A DNA stretch of 49,133 bases. It comes from Chlamydiota bacterium. GTDB lineage: Bacteria; Chlamydiota; Chlamydiia; Chlamydiales; SM23-39. This document shows positions 38,963-48,134 of this stretch, one piece after another. The stretch's first letter is position 1. Each line of letters opens with the position of its first letter. The stretch covers positions 1 through 49,133 of the forward strand of contig JASFVE010000003.1 in the NCBI GenBank assembly GCA_050049995.1, in the 5' to 3' direction. The translations under genes were made by a program, and so were the position numbers. The notes under the pieces are model-generated. The model made no database searches. It was not told the DNA's origin and saw only the letters and a program-made list of their open reading frames with translations.

Positions 38963-40201
38963 ATGCTCAAAAGATTACAGCAAGAAGAGGCTATTTCCAA
39001 GAGAACCTTGCACCTTACAGCGAATGAAAACATCATGTCCCAGCTTGCTCTTAGCTTTTGCTCTAGTGAGCTAGGATATCGTTACCATGTAGGTAGCTAT
39101 GATGATGCACCTGATCTTACAAATGTGCCTTATTATATTACCCATAACCTTATGCTTCGCAATCTTCCTTCGGTTTTTGCTCTGGAAAAAATAGCACGAC
39201 ATTTTGCTTGTGAGATGTTTCATGCTAACTATTGCGACTTTCGCCCTCTTTCAGGGATGCATGCGGCATTTTCAATTTTGCTAACAACCACAAAACCTCA
39301 AGATACTGTATATATTTTTTCCACGGAAAGTGTTGGTCATCACGCAACCCTTTCTCTTCTTAAACACCTGGGCAGAAAGATTCAGTTTATCCCATGGGAC
39401 TTTTCTAGTTGTAATGTCGACCTTCATGCTTTTGCCTCTCTGGTAAAATCACATCCCCCATCTGCTATTTTTTTTGATTTTGGAACAACCTTTTTTCCTC
39501 TTCCTCTCAAAGAGATGCGTGCTATTGTTGGAGAAGGCCCACTTATGATTTATGATGGATCGCATGTGCTTGGTTTAATTGCTGGAGGGCAATTTCAAGC
39601 TCCTCTTGAAGAGGGATGTGATATCCTTATTGGCAATACACATAAAACGTTTCCTGGCCCTCAAAAAGGGATGCTTTTGTACAAAAATCCTTTTTTTGGA
39701 AAGGAAATTGCAGACGAGTTATTTTTGAGTGTTCTTTCCACACAACATACCCATCACTCCATTGCTTTATACCTAACTTTGATTGAAATGCATCAATTTG
39801 CCAAGGACTACGCAGCTCAAATTTTAACTAATCGAGAAGCTCTCGCCCAGGCTCTAATCGAAGAAGGGTTTCAAGTACACAACTCACAATCACATAAGCT
39901 CGCCCTTATCGGAGGGCCATTTCATGAGGAATGTGCCTTATTACACCAGAATCAAATTAGTACAAATTCTAGAAAATTATTTGATGCTCCATCCATTCGA
40001 ATGGGTGTACAGGAAGCAACTCGAAAAGGCATGAAAGAACATGAAATGATTCGTATTGCTAAATTGATTCGTCGATGTTTGGACGGAGAAAATGTAAAAA
40101 GAGATGTCGAAGAGCTTCTTCAAGATTTTTCAACTATTTGGGAGGGAAATATACATGAAAACATGCACCTTTATCGCGAACTCGCGCCATGCTTACTTTA
40201 A
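38963..40201 (+). CDS. SHMT-fold PLP enzyme, L-threonine transaldolase-like (not canonical GlyA)
   Basis: LHLTANEN, DFRPLSGMHA, GHHAT, YDGSHVLGLIAGG, GNTHKTFPGPQKG (PLP Lys); lacks GlyA YAEGYP and TTHKTLRGPRGG; AAGGAG RBS. Confidence 0.82.
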   Translation: MLKRLQQEEAISKRTLHLTANENIMSQLALSFCSSELGYRYHVGSYDDAPDLTNVPYYITHNLMLRNLPSVFALEKIARHFACEMFHANYCDFRPLSGMHAAFSILLTTTKPQDTVYIFSTESVGHHATLSLLKHLGRKIQFIPWDFSSCNVDLHAFASLVKSHPPSAIFFDFGTTFFPLPLKEMRAIVGEGPLMIYDGSHVLGLIAGGQFQAPLEEGCDILIGNTHKTFPGPQKGMLLYKNPFFGKEIADELFLSVLSTQHTHHSIALYLTLIEMHQFAKDYAAQILTNREALAQALIEEGFQVHNSQSHKLALIGGPFHEECALLHQNQISTNSRKLFDAPSIRMGVQEATRKGMKEHEMIRIAKLIRRCLDGENVKRDVEELLQDFSTIWEGNIHENMHLYRELAPCLL

Positions 40202-42071
40202 CCTACCTTCTCTTCCAAGTGAAGGTTGGAATTTTGAGTTAATTATTGAAGAACCTTATGAGGTTTCTTCTGATTTTGCAGCACTGATGACTCAAATTCA
40301 CCGCGTAAAAAAGATAGACTTTGCCACTTGTCGTCCGATCATATATAAGGCTACAAAAGCTATTGTCTGCTGCGATGAAAAGCTGTTACTAACAGCTGCT
40401 CAACTCCGAAAATCCCTTAATATTCCTGGAGCAAAACCGAGTCAGTATTTTCCATTCAGCTCCAAACGTATTATGAAAGAAATTTTATCTTGCATTCCTC
40501 TTAAAATCCCTTCATTTGTCGACTTCGATTCCCGCTTTTCTCTAGAGGAGCTGCATGCAAATTTCTCTCGACTTTTTCCTAATGGGTATATTGTAAAACC
40601 GCTAGATAGTGGCGCCAGCATGAACGTTGCTAAAATCCATTGTTTCCAGGAATTAGAAGCTTGGTACAATCAAGCCTTTGATCAAAGCGAAGAATATACT
40701 GCAGAAGAACTTATCGAAGGTGACATGTATTTTTGCGATTCTTTTGTTCTTGATGGAAAAATCCAGTTTAGCACAGTCTCAAAATATCTTTATCCTTGCC
40801 TTGACTTTGTCAATGGAAAGCCTCTTGGAGCCTATCCTGTTGAGCAAGAAGCCGTGTCTCGTTTCAATCAAAAAATTATCGAAGCGCTTGTTCCACCTGA
40901 TGGAGGACTTCACATGGAATGCATTGAACAAGATGGAGAGCTTTTTTTTATTGAAATTGGAGCAAGGCCTCCAGGAAAAAGTGCAGTTGCTTGCCATGAA
41001 AAAAATTTTGGCATTAATCTCTATGAATGTACCCTGAGAAATGAACTAGGTCTTTCGATAGATTTTACAATGAAAACTGACCTTTACCACAGCTGGGTCG
41101 TTCTTTCGACCTACCCAGGAGTTGTGCATCAGTTAAATCCCCCAGCTCTTAAAAGCCATCATAAAATCCATTGGAAAATTCAAAAAGGTGACACCATAGC
41201 TTCTTATCCACCTCATATAAACAAAGGATATTCTGCTTTTTTAGAATTACACAATAAAGACTATAAAGAATTTTTAGAAGATTTAGAGTACCTTAAAACA
41301 CATAAGCCCTACCTGGACTGGGGATCTGTTTCTGAAGAATACGCTCTTTTCCGACCTCCTCCCCCTGCCTCCTTTTTTGAAAGACTTCAAAAAGTAGGGG
41401 TAGGGTTACCTAATCAAAGGGTTTTAGACTTGGGTACAGGAACTGGTTTTTTAGCCAGACAGTTTGCACTTCAAAAAGCTATTGTAACTGGGGTTGATAT
41501 CTCGGAAAAACAAATTCAAATGGCCAAGTCTCTTTCAGAATCTTTATCAATTGAATACCTTGCCTCTCCAGTAGAAAACATATCTTTTCCCGATGCTCAC
41601 TTTGATGTCATCACGGCTATGCAGTGCTGGCCCTATTTTAACCAAGAAACTCTTTTGCCTATTTTAGAAAAAATTTTAAAACCCAATGGTGTTTTAATGA
41701 TTGGCAATTTTGATCACCTTTCTAAACAGAGCGAAATTGCTTCCATGACAGAAGAGCTGATTTTGAAATACAATCCTAACTGGACTCAGGCAGGCTACAA
41801 CGGAGAACTTTCTCCTCCTACAAATATCACCGTGCAAAAAATGTTTTACTATGATGAAGAAATTGCTTTTACCGCAAACAGTTGGATACAACGTATGGTT
41901 GCCTCACAGGCAATTGGCACTATTTTGTCTCGCCAAAGAATTCAAGACTTTAAAGAGGAGCTCTCGACCTTATTAAAACCATTTCCCTCTTTTACTATTC
42001 CTCACCGTTTATCCGCATATATTAGTTCTTTTAAACCTTCAGCTGCTGCTTTAGAAAATAGGGTTTTATAA
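40155..42071 (+). CDS. ATP-grasp ligase fused to class I SAM-dependent methyltransferase
   Basis: ATG 40155 after GGAGG. ATP-grasp motifs YIVKPLDSGASMNV, EELIEG, HMECI, FFIEIGARPPG; from ~41316 DWG..SEEYA.FRP, VLDLGTGTG, VTGVDISEKQI, FDVITAMQCW. Confidence 0.87.
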   Translation: MKTCTFIANSRHAYFNLPSLPSEGWNFELIIEEPYEVSSDFAALMTQIHRVKKIDFATCRPIIYKATKAIVCCDEKLLLTAAQLRKSLNIPGAKPSQYFPFSSKRIMKEILSCIPLKIPSFVDFDSRFSLEELHANFSRLFPNGYIVKPLDSGASMNVAKIHCFQELEAWYNQAFDQSEEYTAEELIEGDMYFCDSFVLDGKIQFSTVSKYLYPCLDFVNGKPLGAYPVEQEAVSRFNQKIIEALVPPDGGLHMECIEQDGELFFIEIGARPPGKSAVACHEKNFGINLYECTLRNELGLSIDFTMKTDLYHSWVVLSTYPGVVHQLNPPALKSHHKIHWKIQKGDTIASYPPHINKGYSAFLELHNKDYKEFLEDLEYLKTHKPYLDWGSVSEEYALFRPPPPASFFERLQKVGVGLPNQRVLDLGTGTGFLARQFALQKAIVTGVDISEKQIQMAKSLSESLSIEYLASPVENISFPDAHFDVITAMQCWPYFNQETLLPILEKILKPNGVLMIGNFDHLSKQSEIASMTEELILKYNPNWTQAGYNGELSPPTNITVQKMFYYDEEIAFTANSWIQRMVASQAIGTILSRQRIQDFKEELSTLLKPFPSFTIPHRLSAYISSFKPSAAALENRVL

Positions 42072-42190
42072 TTTTTTTTAATTTTAAACTAATAATAGTA
42101 AATAAATATTTTTTAATTTTTTATTTAAAAAAAATCAATTTATGTTAACATTTGTGCTCTTTAATTTTTTTTAACCTTAAAAGTAAAAAA

Positions 42191-43429
42191 ATGACACCAA
42201 CTTTTTCTGCCTATTTTAAAGCTCTATATTATACAAATACTTATTTACCTCCATGTGATTTAAGTGAGCAAGCCTTATCGAAACATTTACTTGAAGCTGA
42301 AGATCCGCGCCTAGCAGCAACGGCTCAACGACTAATCTCTCAAACACAAGTGCAAAAAGTTCTTTCTGAAACATTGAGTTATGATTTAGAGTTTGCAATA
42401 CCACAAAAAAACCAAACTCTTAGAGATCATGACTTTACATTGTTAAGTAGTAAACCTGACGCTTACGGTAACATATATCCCTTCTATAGTGTTATTGAAC
42501 ATAATGATTTACCTGGCTGGGTAATCAAATCAGGAGCCAACAGAGTTCCAGAAAATTTCCACTTATCTGGACCGTTAAATAATAGACATGAAAAAGCCTC
42601 TTATACAAAAGAAGAAAGCATTTTAAGGTTAGAGCTAGCAAAGAGAATAACTCAAGTAGCTCAAAAAAATGGTCTTGATATTATTGTTCCTAAAAAGAAG
42701 CTCGTTAAATATGCAAATTCAGAAAACCCTTCAGACCCTTGTAGAACGTATTGCGTTCTTTCGCAAAAAGTCAATATCTTAACCCTTGCAGAGACTGTTC
42801 AGGTCATTAAATCAATGACTGCAACTCAGCAAATAGAGACTGCTCAAAAAATATGTTCGATCATTAAAAAAATAGGTTTTGTTGATGCTTCTTTCAGTAA
42901 CATTCGCTTAACTCCTGACGGAAAAATTGCGTTTATCGACACGGAACCTTCAGGCCTTTTGGTTGCCCAAAAACCAGGCTTGTGGAATAGATTATTTCCC
43001 CCAAAAGGATCTAGCGTTGAAAAATGCGCCCGTATTGGATTGTACTCCTTACTACACCAAACTTCACGAGCAGCACTTAGAACAGGGCCATCATTTAGCT
43101 GCGAACCTGGTCTAGAAGCTTTCCGAGAAGAAGTACAGTCCCAATACGATAGATCAGCACCAAGTTTATCGAAATGGAAAATTGGATTAAGCATTGCTAG
43201 CCTAGGTCTTATTCCTGTAATAAATGCAATTGTATCTCTAGTGGCAACGATCCGGATAAGAAAAGCTTTTGAAAAAATGCAAAAAATTGATACTGCATTT
43301 GAATCAATAAAACGTACTTTACCTGGAGAAACTCCAGATGAGCAACGACGCCAAATATATGAATATCGCTTTAATAGGTCTCCAATAGAAAAGCAATTTT
43401 TAGCCCTTACCGAAGGGATCCCCTATTAA
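42191..43429 (+). CDS. hypothetical protein with protein-kinase-like motifs and C-terminal hydrophobic helix
   Basis: WVIK (VAIK-like), GFVDASFSNI (DxxxxN catalytic loop), IAFIDTE (DFG-equivalent); likely start ATG 42191. Confidence 0.65.
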   Translation: MTPTFSAYFKALYYTNTYLPPCDLSEQALSKHLLEAEDPRLAATAQRLISQTQVQKVLSETLSYDLEFAIPQKNQTLRDHDFTLLSSKPDAYGNIYPFYSVIEHNDLPGWVIKSGANRVPENFHLSGPLNNRHEKASYTKEESILRLELAKRITQVAQKNGLDIIVPKKKLVKYANSENPSDPCRTYCVLSQKVNILTLAETVQVIKSMTATQQIETAQKICSIIKKIGFVDASFSNIRLTPDGKIAFIDTEPSGLLVAQKPGLWNRLFPPKGSSVEKCARIGLYSLLHQTSRAALRTGPSFSCEPGLEAFREEVQSQYDRSAPSLSKWKIGLSIASLGLIPVINAIVSLVATIRIRKAFEKMQKIDTAFESIKRTLPGETPDEQRRQIYEYRFNRSPIEKQFLALTEGIPY

Positions 43430-43494
43430 GTATAGCAGGCCTTTTTTGTTTAAATTAGGTTAAATTTATTAAATAAGACTTATTTAGTGTGTAA

Positions 43495-44073
43495 ATGCCA
43501 GCTCCATCCCTATTAACTAAAAGACTTCTACTCCGACAGTGGAAAGAAAGTGATCTTTCTCTTTTTGCTAACATAAATAGTGATAGGCGTGTTATGGAGT
43601 ACTTCCCTTCTACCCTCTCTAAAAAGGAAAGCGACTCTTTAGCTGAAAAGATTCAAAAAGAACTTAAAGAAAAAGAATATGGATTTTGGGCTATTGAAGT
43701 CATTGGAGTCGCTCCTTTTATTGGCTTTGTTGGCTTACATTACCCTGATTTTCAAGCCTCTTTCACTCCTTGTATCGAAATAGGCTGGAGACTTGCCTAT
43801 GAACATTGGGGTAAAGGATATGCTTTCGAAGCGGCAAGCAAAGTTATTGATTATGCCTTCAACACACTGAACCTTCAAGAACTTGTCTCTTTCACTACCG
43901 TAAAAAATAAACGCTCTAGAAAGTTAATGGAAAAATTAGGAATGACCCACAATCCTAGTGATGATTTCGACCACCCAAAGTTGCAAAAAAACCATCCTTT
44001 ACGCCCTCATGTGCTCTATCGAAAAAAAACTCATAATGAGAATGTGGCTCATTTATCTCAAATAATTCGTTGA
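43495..44073 (+). CDS. GNAT acetyltransferase, RimJ/RimL (Acetyltransf_3) family
   Basis: TKRLLLRQW, FIGFVGL, IEIGWRL...WGKGYAFEAA, NKRSRKLMEKLGM, FDHP...HVLY. Confidence 0.92.
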   Translation: MPAPSLLTKRLLLRQWKESDLSLFANINSDRRVMEYFPSTLSKKESDSLAEKIQKELKEKEYGFWAIEVIGVAPFIGFVGLHYPDFQASFTPCIEIGWRLAYEHWGKGYAFEAASKVIDYAFNTLNLQELVSFTTVKNKRSRKLMEKLGMTHNPSDDFDHPKLQKNHPLRPHVLYRKKTHNENVAHLSQIIR

Positions 44074-44130
44074 TTTTTATAAAAAAAAAACAATATTGTC
44101 TTCGCTCTTTCAATCATAAAGAGGTAATTT

Positions 44131-46278
44131 ATGAGTTCTAGTCACTTGAACCTAATTAAGAATTTTTTCACTGAAAATTATGGTCAAACCCACCCATCAT
44201 CCATACAAGAAGAAGATTTTCAAGCTGGCATTCAGCTATTTACTAAACTAGCTGAAGAATTAAGTATAAATACACCAGAGGCAAGCTCAAGGCTTTCTAA
44301 AAAAAATGTCAGAATAGAAAATGAACCTATCAATAATACGACAGCAAAAATACAACAGTTTCTCAAAAAACACTCCTACCGTTTTTGGAGTGCTTGTGAA
44401 GTTGGATTTCCTTTTTCAAAGCTCGAGCCCATGGAATCAGAAGCGGCATTGAAAAAATCTTTAAACAATTACCAGTCCATAATTGTAAATTTTCTTAAGC
44501 AAGATGACTCAATATGGTTAACTGAAGAAGATCTTAATAGTAAATTTGGCAAAGCATTTTATCTTTTAAATGTTAAAAAAGTTGGAGCTGCCTGTGAAGA
44601 ACTTAAAGTAGCATATCTCCGCGATAAAGATATAAAGGCAGGATATTATATGCTGTGGTTGATAAAACATGTATCAGGTTGTGACTTCAAGATCCCTCCT
44701 AAAGAATCATTTAATGCCTCCACGGTAATTAAAGTGCTATCCGATTTCGTCACTTCTCAAGACTTAGTAAGATACCCAACAAACTATATTGAACTTCTGC
44801 AATTTAGAAGTTCAAGAATAACACCTCCTCTAAATTGGGGTTTCTTAGATCAACAAACTACTATAAAGTTTATAAAATATACAGTAGCTCAACTTCAATC
44901 TATACCTATAGCAAATTGGCCTAATAAAGCAGGCATCATTACTGATCTTTTAGAAATCTTAACAACCGATGGTAAAAAGGTAGTTGCTACAGCTCTACAA
45001 TCTAGCTCTGATCACCAGACAGCAGAGGTAGGTAGTCATGTTTTAAACGCTTTAGAAGCTACCTCATTAAAAGAAGCTATTCCTCATTTCTATGCCTTGA
45101 ATGACCTTCTTTCTAATTTTAACTATACTCATGTTGAGGTAATTTTTGGCAGGCCATTTCCTCCATTCAGACATGACAAAATGGCCTTTAAAAATGATCC
45201 TGATTTCACGAGAAGATTGAATTTTAATGAAATGCGCAAAGTGTTTATCTGCGGAGATCTTATGTTAGGGGTTTATGCTCCTAATACTACATTTGGTGGT
45301 AAAGGAGTACCTCCGCACTTGCTAGCCTACAATAGGCAAACTGAAAAAATGGAATGGGGTATACCACTAACTCTTGAGCAGCCTGAAGATCTATCTCTCG
45401 TTACTACTCAAGTACCTATGACTTATGGTCTCCCTAGAATGGGACCTGCAGAATATAGCATAGGTCAAGCTGGTAAAAGTATTACCCTTCAATTTGTGGG
45501 TGAAAAAAGAGTGCATTGTATCGATTCCAACACGGGAGAAATTATAGATACTATTTTACTACCTTATGAAAAACAAAATGGTAACGATCGCCTTTATTTA
45601 ACACCTGAAGGTATTGGCTATCAAATGGTCTTTTTGGAGGATAGCATAAAATTAATTGGTGGAAAAATCTCTAACTCTTGCTTAAACCCTGATTTTGAAG
45701 TGGCTGCTCCTCATGGTTTTCTCCTTCCGCTTTCTACACATGTTGGCTTTAAAGATCCTTTTGAAGATGAGCTCATTCTCTTTAACTCTAACGGAAAGCA
45801 TGTGACCCTTGACTGTCTGTCAGCATATGCTGTTGGAACTACACTCTATCTAGTAGAGCCTAATTCTTCTCAAGAAAACACATGTAAGGTGACTGTAAGG
45901 ACCATGACTACAGATGACCAGGTAGTATCTGAGGTAGAAAAAAGTATTGTCCTCAATGTACAATCACCCTCAATAGAAAAAATATGTGACAATGGTCAGT
46001 TAGTCTTGATTAATGGCTATTTCAATAAATTTCCTATTTTTGTCGGCCTTGAGAATGGCGAAGTTGTTTATAGTGACCACAAAATACCTTCCTATGGTGC
46101 ATATCATGTAAATACCCTATCAGGAGATATATGGACCTGGGATACAGTCAGCCGAAAAATCTGGAAAGTATCTTCCAGAGAAAAAGTTTTGATGGGATCA
46201 TTGGAAAGTGGTCGAGGTACAAGTTTACTTCATGTTGATCAAAATGATCATTTATTTTTTGTAAATATTCCTTATTAA
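44131..46278 (+). CDS. hypothetical 715-aa protein (helical N-terminal half, beta-rich C-terminal half), effector candidate
   Basis: Long ORF, GAGG RBS, MSSS start, no signal peptide; no family recognised. Confidence 0.75.
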   Translation: MSSSHLNLIKNFFTENYGQTHPSSIQEEDFQAGIQLFTKLAEELSINTPEASSRLSKKNVRIENEPINNTTAKIQQFLKKHSYRFWSACEVGFPFSKLEPMESEAALKKSLNNYQSIIVNFLKQDDSIWLTEEDLNSKFGKAFYLLNVKKVGAACEELKVAYLRDKDIKAGYYMLWLIKHVSGCDFKIPPKESFNASTVIKVLSDFVTSQDLVRYPTNYIELLQFRSSRITPPLNWGFLDQQTTIKFIKYTVAQLQSIPIANWPNKAGIITDLLEILTTDGKKVVATALQSSSDHQTAEVGSHVLNALEATSLKEAIPHFYALNDLLSNFNYTHVEVIFGRPFPPFRHDKMAFKNDPDFTRRLNFNEMRKVFICGDLMLGVYAPNTTFGGKGVPPHLLAYNRQTEKMEWGIPLTLEQPEDLSLVTTQVPMTYGLPRMGPAEYSIGQAGKSITLQFVGEKRVHCIDSNTGEIIDTILLPYEKQNGNDRLYLTPEGIGYQMVFLEDSIKLIGGKISNSCLNPDFEVAAPHGFLLPLSTHVGFKDPFEDELILFNSNGKHVTLDCLSAYAVGTTLYLVEPNSSQENTCKVTVRTMTTDDQVVSEVEKSIVLNVQSPSIEKICDNGQLVLINGYFNKFPIFVGLENGEVVYSDHKIPSYGAYHVNTLSGDIWTWDTVSRKIWKVSSREKVLMGSLESGRGTSLLHVDQNDHLFFVNIPY

Positions 46279-46336
46279 TGTTTCGGTGGTTCTTATTTCT
46301 CTATCAATTACATGAGATAAGAGTCACTTTAAATAC

Positions 46337-46360
46337 AGAAGATGGGATAGCTCATCTTCT
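46337..46360 (+). terminator. intergenic hairpin
   Basis: AGAAGATGGG-ATAG-CTCATCTTCT, preceded by a second, longer imperfect hairpin at 46286-46326. Confidence 0.4.
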
Positions 46361-46384
46361 TCTATATTAAAATTTAATAATAAT

Positions 46385-48094
46385 ATGACTTCTAGCATTT
46401 CAAGTTCCGCTTCATCAGTTCTCGAGAGTTCCTCCTTGCCGTCTTACTTGGATAACGTTCCATTGGATATCATTAAAAGTATTTTTAACAATTTAACCGA
46501 GCATGATGCTTTTAATCCTTTTATTTACGCCTCTAGAGTACGCCTAAGAATTAGCCCTGAAGAAAGTACACAACTTGAAATGGAAGCTCGCAAAGCTCTC
46601 ATAATTGCTAGCGCTAACCTTTCTAATAATCCATTAACTAAAATTTATCAGTTATTACATATTGCTGATGGTTATTTTGATTTAGGAATCTCATTTGAAG
46701 GTTTTTTTGATGCCATTACAAAGAATAAGACTAAACTAGAGTTGGATGAGTATGATGCATGGTCACTTGGGGGAAAGTTAAAAAAATCCATTAAAAAGTG
46801 CCTTGCATTAGGTAGGATTAATGAAGCGGAAACCTTACTATGCAGCATGAATGACATCATTCACCGTAGAGTGCATATCGAAATCTTAATGATTCTCATT
46901 AAGGATTACGCTGATGTAGGTAACCTCTTAAAGGTTTCAAAACTTGCGATTATGGTAAGAGATGAGGCAATGTCCCCTATAACCCATTCACCCAGACATT
47001 TTATAAACTACCAAGTTAATTCAGGTTTAATTGAATATTCCACTAAAGCTTTAACAAAACTTGCTGGGGATTTTGCTGAGCTACATATGTATAAAGAAGT
47101 TGTTAGTGTATTTCATTCTATCAAAGACTTTATAAGCGACCACAATCCTGACCATTTAAAGTATGAAAACCAAAAAGAATTTTGCTTAACTCCAATCGAT
47201 ATTGTAAAAGGTTGTATTGATCTCAATAAACTTAATAGTGCAAATCATCTTTTGCGTGTTTGGGAAGACATCGTCTCTCAATTTCACCATTGGCCAGTTA
47301 CCGAGTCATTTCAAATTGAAGCATTCACTGAAATTGCCAATGGATATATTCAATTAGGAAATCATACTAAAGCATTGGATCTTCTTGAAACATCTGAAAA
47401 CCTGTTAAAGCATACTAGGCCTTTTTCTACTGATGGCGAAATAAAAATTAAGACTTTCACAAGAGTTGCAAAAGGATATGCACAGCTTGGAGTGCATGAT
47501 AAAGTAAAAAGAGTTTTGAATAACTGTAAAGCTTTATTAGAAAAGGAAAGAGAAAAAAATGTATTTACTCGTTTATTAAACGAAGAGCTTTTTCCAAAAG
47601 ACATAGTAGCTATCGCTAAAATATTTATAGAAAAGGGAGATACAATTTTTGCTGAGGTTTTATTACATGATGCTGAAGATTTTACAGCTGACATTTTTCA
47701 TGAAATTTCAGTTTATGAAGATATTGCTGAAGCATACATTTGCTTAAATAAATTAGATAAAGTTGATCGGATTATAAACCATGTTACATCTTTAAGAAGA
47801 AGCGTTGGCTTTGAAACAACTAATTTCCTCCTTCATTTAGCTAAAATTTTTACGCAAATGGAACTGTGGGTAAATTCGGAGGACATTTTAAAGTACATTG
47901 TAACAAGAAATAATTTTAATAATACATCAGTTGATACATTAATTGAAGTTTGTAAAAATTGTATCCAATATGAAAAATATAACCTTACTATACAGTTTTT
48001 AGAAGTAACAAAAAAAATTATTAAACACCACTGGATTACAGGAAGGCCCCTATTACTCGAGAAAGTAAATAAAATTGCCAACAAACTACCCTGA
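46385..48094 (+). CDS. F-box-like plus TPR/helical-repeat protein, effector candidate
   Basis: Very Ser-rich N-terminus (MTSSISSSASSVLESSS), LDNVPLDIIKSIFNNL F-box-like segment, repeated EIANGYIQLGNHTKALDLL / RVAKGYAQLGVHDKVKRVL / DIAEAYICLNKLDKV helices. Confidence 0.7.
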   Translation: MTSSISSSASSVLESSSLPSYLDNVPLDIIKSIFNNLTEHDAFNPFIYASRVRLRISPEESTQLEMEARKALIIASANLSNNPLTKIYQLLHIADGYFDLGISFEGFFDAITKNKTKLELDEYDAWSLGGKLKKSIKKCLALGRINEAETLLCSMNDIIHRRVHIEILMILIKDYADVGNLLKVSKLAIMVRDEAMSPITHSPRHFINYQVNSGLIEYSTKALTKLAGDFAELHMYKEVVSVFHSIKDFISDHNPDHLKYENQKEFCLTPIDIVKGCIDLNKLNSANHLLRVWEDIVSQFHHWPVTESFQIEAFTEIANGYIQLGNHTKALDLLETSENLLKHTRPFSTDGEIKIKTFTRVAKGYAQLGVHDKVKRVLNNCKALLEKEREKNVFTRLLNEELFPKDIVAIAKIFIEKGDTIFAEVLLHDAEDFTADIFHEISVYEDIAEAYICLNKLDKVDRIINHVTSLRRSVGFETTNFLLHLAKIFTQMELWVNSEDILKYIVTRNNFNNTSVDTLIEVCKNCIQYEKYNLTIQFLEVTKKIIKHHWITGRPLLLEKVNKIANKLP

Positions 48095-48134
48095 ATTCCT
48101 GGTAATAAAAAATTTAAAAAAATGGAATGTAAAA

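Noticed and set aside
38963-40201. Calling this gene glyA
   Set aside because: It lacks the canonical LIASEN, YAEGYP and TTHKTLRGPRGG motifs, and its operon context is biosynthetic.
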